NCBI GenBank assembly: GCA_951406725.2
Contig: OX597837.1
Coordinates: 44,144,001 to 44,208,000 of the forward strand
Length of the DNA stretch: 64,000 nt
Direction of reading: 5' to 3'
Source: Octopus vulgaris
Taxonomy: Eukaryota
The position numbers and the translations under genes are program-made. This document shows positions 60,852 to 64,000 of this stretch, in pieces. Positions within the stretch are counted from its first letter, which is position 1. Every line of letters starts with the position of its first letter. The notes beneath the pieces were generated by a model. The model was not told the origin of the DNA. It searched no databases and was given only the letters and a program-made list of their open reading frames with translations.

Positions 60852-62039
60852 CAGAGAGACAAATATATAGGGAGGGATAGAGAGACAGACAGACATGCAG
60901 TTTCTTTTTTCTTTTACCGATTAGACCACACACGCATCCTCTGCAGGTAATTTATAACACACATATACACACCTATCATAACATCTATTGCACATATTAA
61001 ACTCACGCACAAATACCTGGAACTGTCTTCGATTCAAAGCCAAAAAATCCTTGTCCCTTAATTAGTGACCGGTTCGAACTCTACGAAGAACAACCTTAAA
61101 TAAATCTCGAAGCAACCTGGTTACTATTAAATCTCGTTAATTCGAAAGTACCAACCAGTAAGTGTACCCGACTTACTACCAAGGTACCTCGATTTGACGA
61201 TTGCTACCCCCGGGGTAAGATATGTAGGATATTAAACAGTAATTAAGATGTTAAGTGGCTTGAAATAATTTATACAATAAATAATGATATAAACACAAAT
61301 ACAGAATTAATAAATCAATACCTTTGCTCTACGAAAAGACACCACATTTTTTTATATATATGTGTGTGTGTGTTGCCGAATATGTACGAAGCAACGACCT
61401 CAGGTGCAAATCATGGGAGTTCATAGAAACGATAATTTACCTAATTTACAAATAAATCATCGCCTCATTGGCAATCTTTCGTCTCTAGTAGACCTTTCCG
61501 TCGATTTCCGTAAAAAAATTTTTTTTTTTTTTTACATATGGGCTTGCGGGAACTTTTGAGGTCTACTAGAGACGAAAGATCGCCAAATTATCATTTTACA
61601 TAAGTGAATACTAAGATTAATTAAGCAGAGTTTAATTACGGTTTTATGGTATATTCTGTAGACGTTAAAACAGCACACGCGCGAGAATTTTTGCAGGGTT
61701 TCGGCGATTCCACACGTGTAGTATAAAATAAATACTTTATAAAGCAAATAACGTTATCAACCGATGATTGCCGGGGAAACTAATTAAGCTAATTTAATTA
61801 CCGTTGTATTGTATATTTTATAAACAAAAAGATTATAATTTCGTAGTTGCGTGGACTTTCGAGGATTCCAGCATGTCGGGTCTACGTGGAACCCCCCTTG
61901 TTTAGAGAAATAAGGTCGTTGGTTACGTACGTATTCGACAACTCTACCTGTGTGTGTGTACGAACTTATAGAAAATAGGAAAGATAGTTACCATCTTGTA
62001 AAGGCCAACCGTGTAATTGAAGAGCAAATGATATGCGTA

Positions 62040-62890
62040 TTTGTGTGTATGTGAGGGCGAGTGAATGAGGGGCATGTGACAGAAAAGGGGGAAGGCTCTG
62101 AAGAAGTTCTTTCTTTTGTTTTTTTTGCCGAGTTTGAGTGAAAGAAAGTGAATGAAGGAGATAGTAATAAAGAAGGAGAGAAGGAGAGAGAGAACAAGTG
62201 AAATGCAGAGATGAGCAAGTGGGGGGGGGGGAAGTAGAGGCACGTGAAAGATACGATAGCGAAAGCAGTAAGGGGATGTGTGAGTAAGAGGGGGAGAAAT
62301 GAAAGAGTAAGAAGGAAAGGGGTAAATAATGTAACGAGAAGAATGTGACGAAGAAGATATGAGTGTAAAAGAGATGGGGGGGGGGGAGTGAAAGGGAAAA
62401 AAGGTAAAGAGAAGACGATATAGGACACTTAAAGAGAAGAATGTTTGAGAGAATAAGAAGATATGGCGATGAATGGGAGAAAGAATGTGTGTAGGGAAGA
62501 GAGAGAGGAAGAACAAAGAGAGAAAAGATGTTGAGAGAGAGAAAGAAAGAGAGTGAGAGACAATGTGTTGGAATAGATATAAAAGGCAAAGAGAGGAGGA
62601 TGAGGGAAATGAAGAAAGCTAGAGAGGGAGAAAGAGTAAAAAGAAAGCAAGAAACTGAGTGAGAGAGAGAAAGAAAGAGACAATGTGTTGAAATAGATAT
62701 AAAGGCAGAGAGAGAGAGAGAGAGGAGGAGGAAAATAAAGAAAGCTAGAGAGGGAGAAAGAGTAAAAAGAAAGCAAGAAGTTGAGAAAGAGAGAGAGAGA
62801 GGGAGAAGGAAAGACGGTGGAGGTTAAAATGCAGACACACACTAAAGGTGAGAAGAAAAGAAATTGAAGAGAAGAAAAGAAGAATCAGAC
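62040..62890. repeat. Purine-rich low-complexity tract with a local duplication
   Basis: GA-rich; agacaatgtgttgRaatagatat...gaaagctagagagggagaaagagtaaaaagaaagcaagaa occurs twice. Confidence 0.8.
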
Positions 62891-63806
62891 AACGAAAATA
62901 TAATGAATCAAAGTCAAGAACAAAAGCTGCGCTGCTGCAGCCATAAGACTTGTAGATTGTGGTAAATAGCAGAGACGGAGATTAGAGGTGTTTGTTGCTA
63001 GTTTAGACCCAGGTCGTTTACCGACCAAACAGACCTTAGAATTAAACGCATTAGCCATCGTTTTGGTATCGAGGAAACTGCATTACATTATCTGATGTCT
63101 TATTATTTTTTTTTTTAATCCGATGGGGTAAGATTTGAGGGAGATTGACTGCTATTTCTAGTACATCAAGCGACCACGTTGACACGCCTGAGGAAAATAT
63201 TGATGGTGGCCGAAACGTTAGTCGCCTGAGGAAAATTTTGATGGTATATGTCCTTTCGGGGTCGATAAATTAAGTACCAGTTACGCACTGGGGTCGATAT
63301 AATCGACTTAATCCCTTTGTCTGTCCTTGTTTGTCCCCTTGTGGGTAGTAAAGAAATGGGTTTAAGTTCACTGATCCAACGAAGGAGCCTGGACGTGGTT
63401 GTTAAATCTGCTAGAAATAGCAGTCAAATCACATTCAAACCATATAGCTACCATTTTAAAGGTCGCTCACATTGGATGATGTCATAGATACAGTATAAAA
63501 ATAATATGTGATGGTCACGGCGATATAGTTTTTGGTCATAGGCCCACTCCATCCAGGCTGACCTGGAGCGACCCCGAAAGGACGAAATGCAAATTTAACA
63601 GAAGAGGGATTTAAATTCAGAATGTAAAGAGCCGGAAGAAATACCGCAAAGTGTTTGGTCCGACGCTCTAACGGTTCTGCCAATCTATAAGCCTTGTTGA
63701 TGACGATGATTAGGAAATTGACAGAATCATTATTAGAATTCTTTACTCACCAAACGTGCCCAAAGGAAAGAAGGACCGTAGAAAAGATAATTCAAATTAG
63801 TGAATT

Positions 63807-64000
63807 AGGCGCAGGGGTGGCTGTGTGGTAAATAGCTTGCTTACGAACCACATGGTTCTGGGTTCAGTCCCACTGCGTGGCACTTTGGGCAAGTGTCTTC
63901 AACTATAGCCTCGTGCCAACCAAAGCCTTGTGAGTGGATTTGGTGATGGAAACTGAAAGAAGCCCGTCATATATATGTATATGTAGATATGTGTTTGTGT
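63807..64000 (+). mobile_element. SINE family A, cut by the window end
   Basis: Matches the family A head. Confidence 0.85.

Noticed and set aside
61944-62842. Hydrophobic ORFs of 137-207 aa
   Set aside because: Complement of a GA-rich low-complexity tract, with no domain motifs.
63187-63225. CTGAGGA...GAAACGTTAGTC hammerhead-like motif
   Set aside because: Stem II does not pair; at best a rearranged remnant.

Overview
Eukaryotic, intron-rich and repeat-dense DNA. The SINE families suggest a coleoid cephalopod, probably Octopus (inferred, no database search). The window holds two convergent multi-exon genes. On the + strand is a PAS-domain Ser/Thr kinase (PASK): 16 exons traced from 4101 to the stop at 29218, about 1228 aa, with the N-terminus missing or upstream. 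On the - strand is a complete mitochondrial NAD(P) transhydrogenase (NNT): 16 coding exons from 56269 to 31624, 1065 aa. All traced introns are GT-AG and phase-consistent. Introns contain several tRNA-headed SINE families, non-autonomous Helitrons, MITEs (hAT, pogo, mariner, piggyBac, MULE-like), LINE tails (CR1, RTE), a mariner relic and Penelope-like remnants with hammerhead-like motifs. Nearly all ORFs in the supplied track other than these exons and the TE fragments are artefacts of repeats. No clearly new protein-coding system was found. The best leads are non-coding: SINE concatemers of a GT...AG-bounded module, hammerhead-like motifs, an X-box beside a candidate PASK alternative first exon, and a fold-back MULE-like element upstream of NNT.
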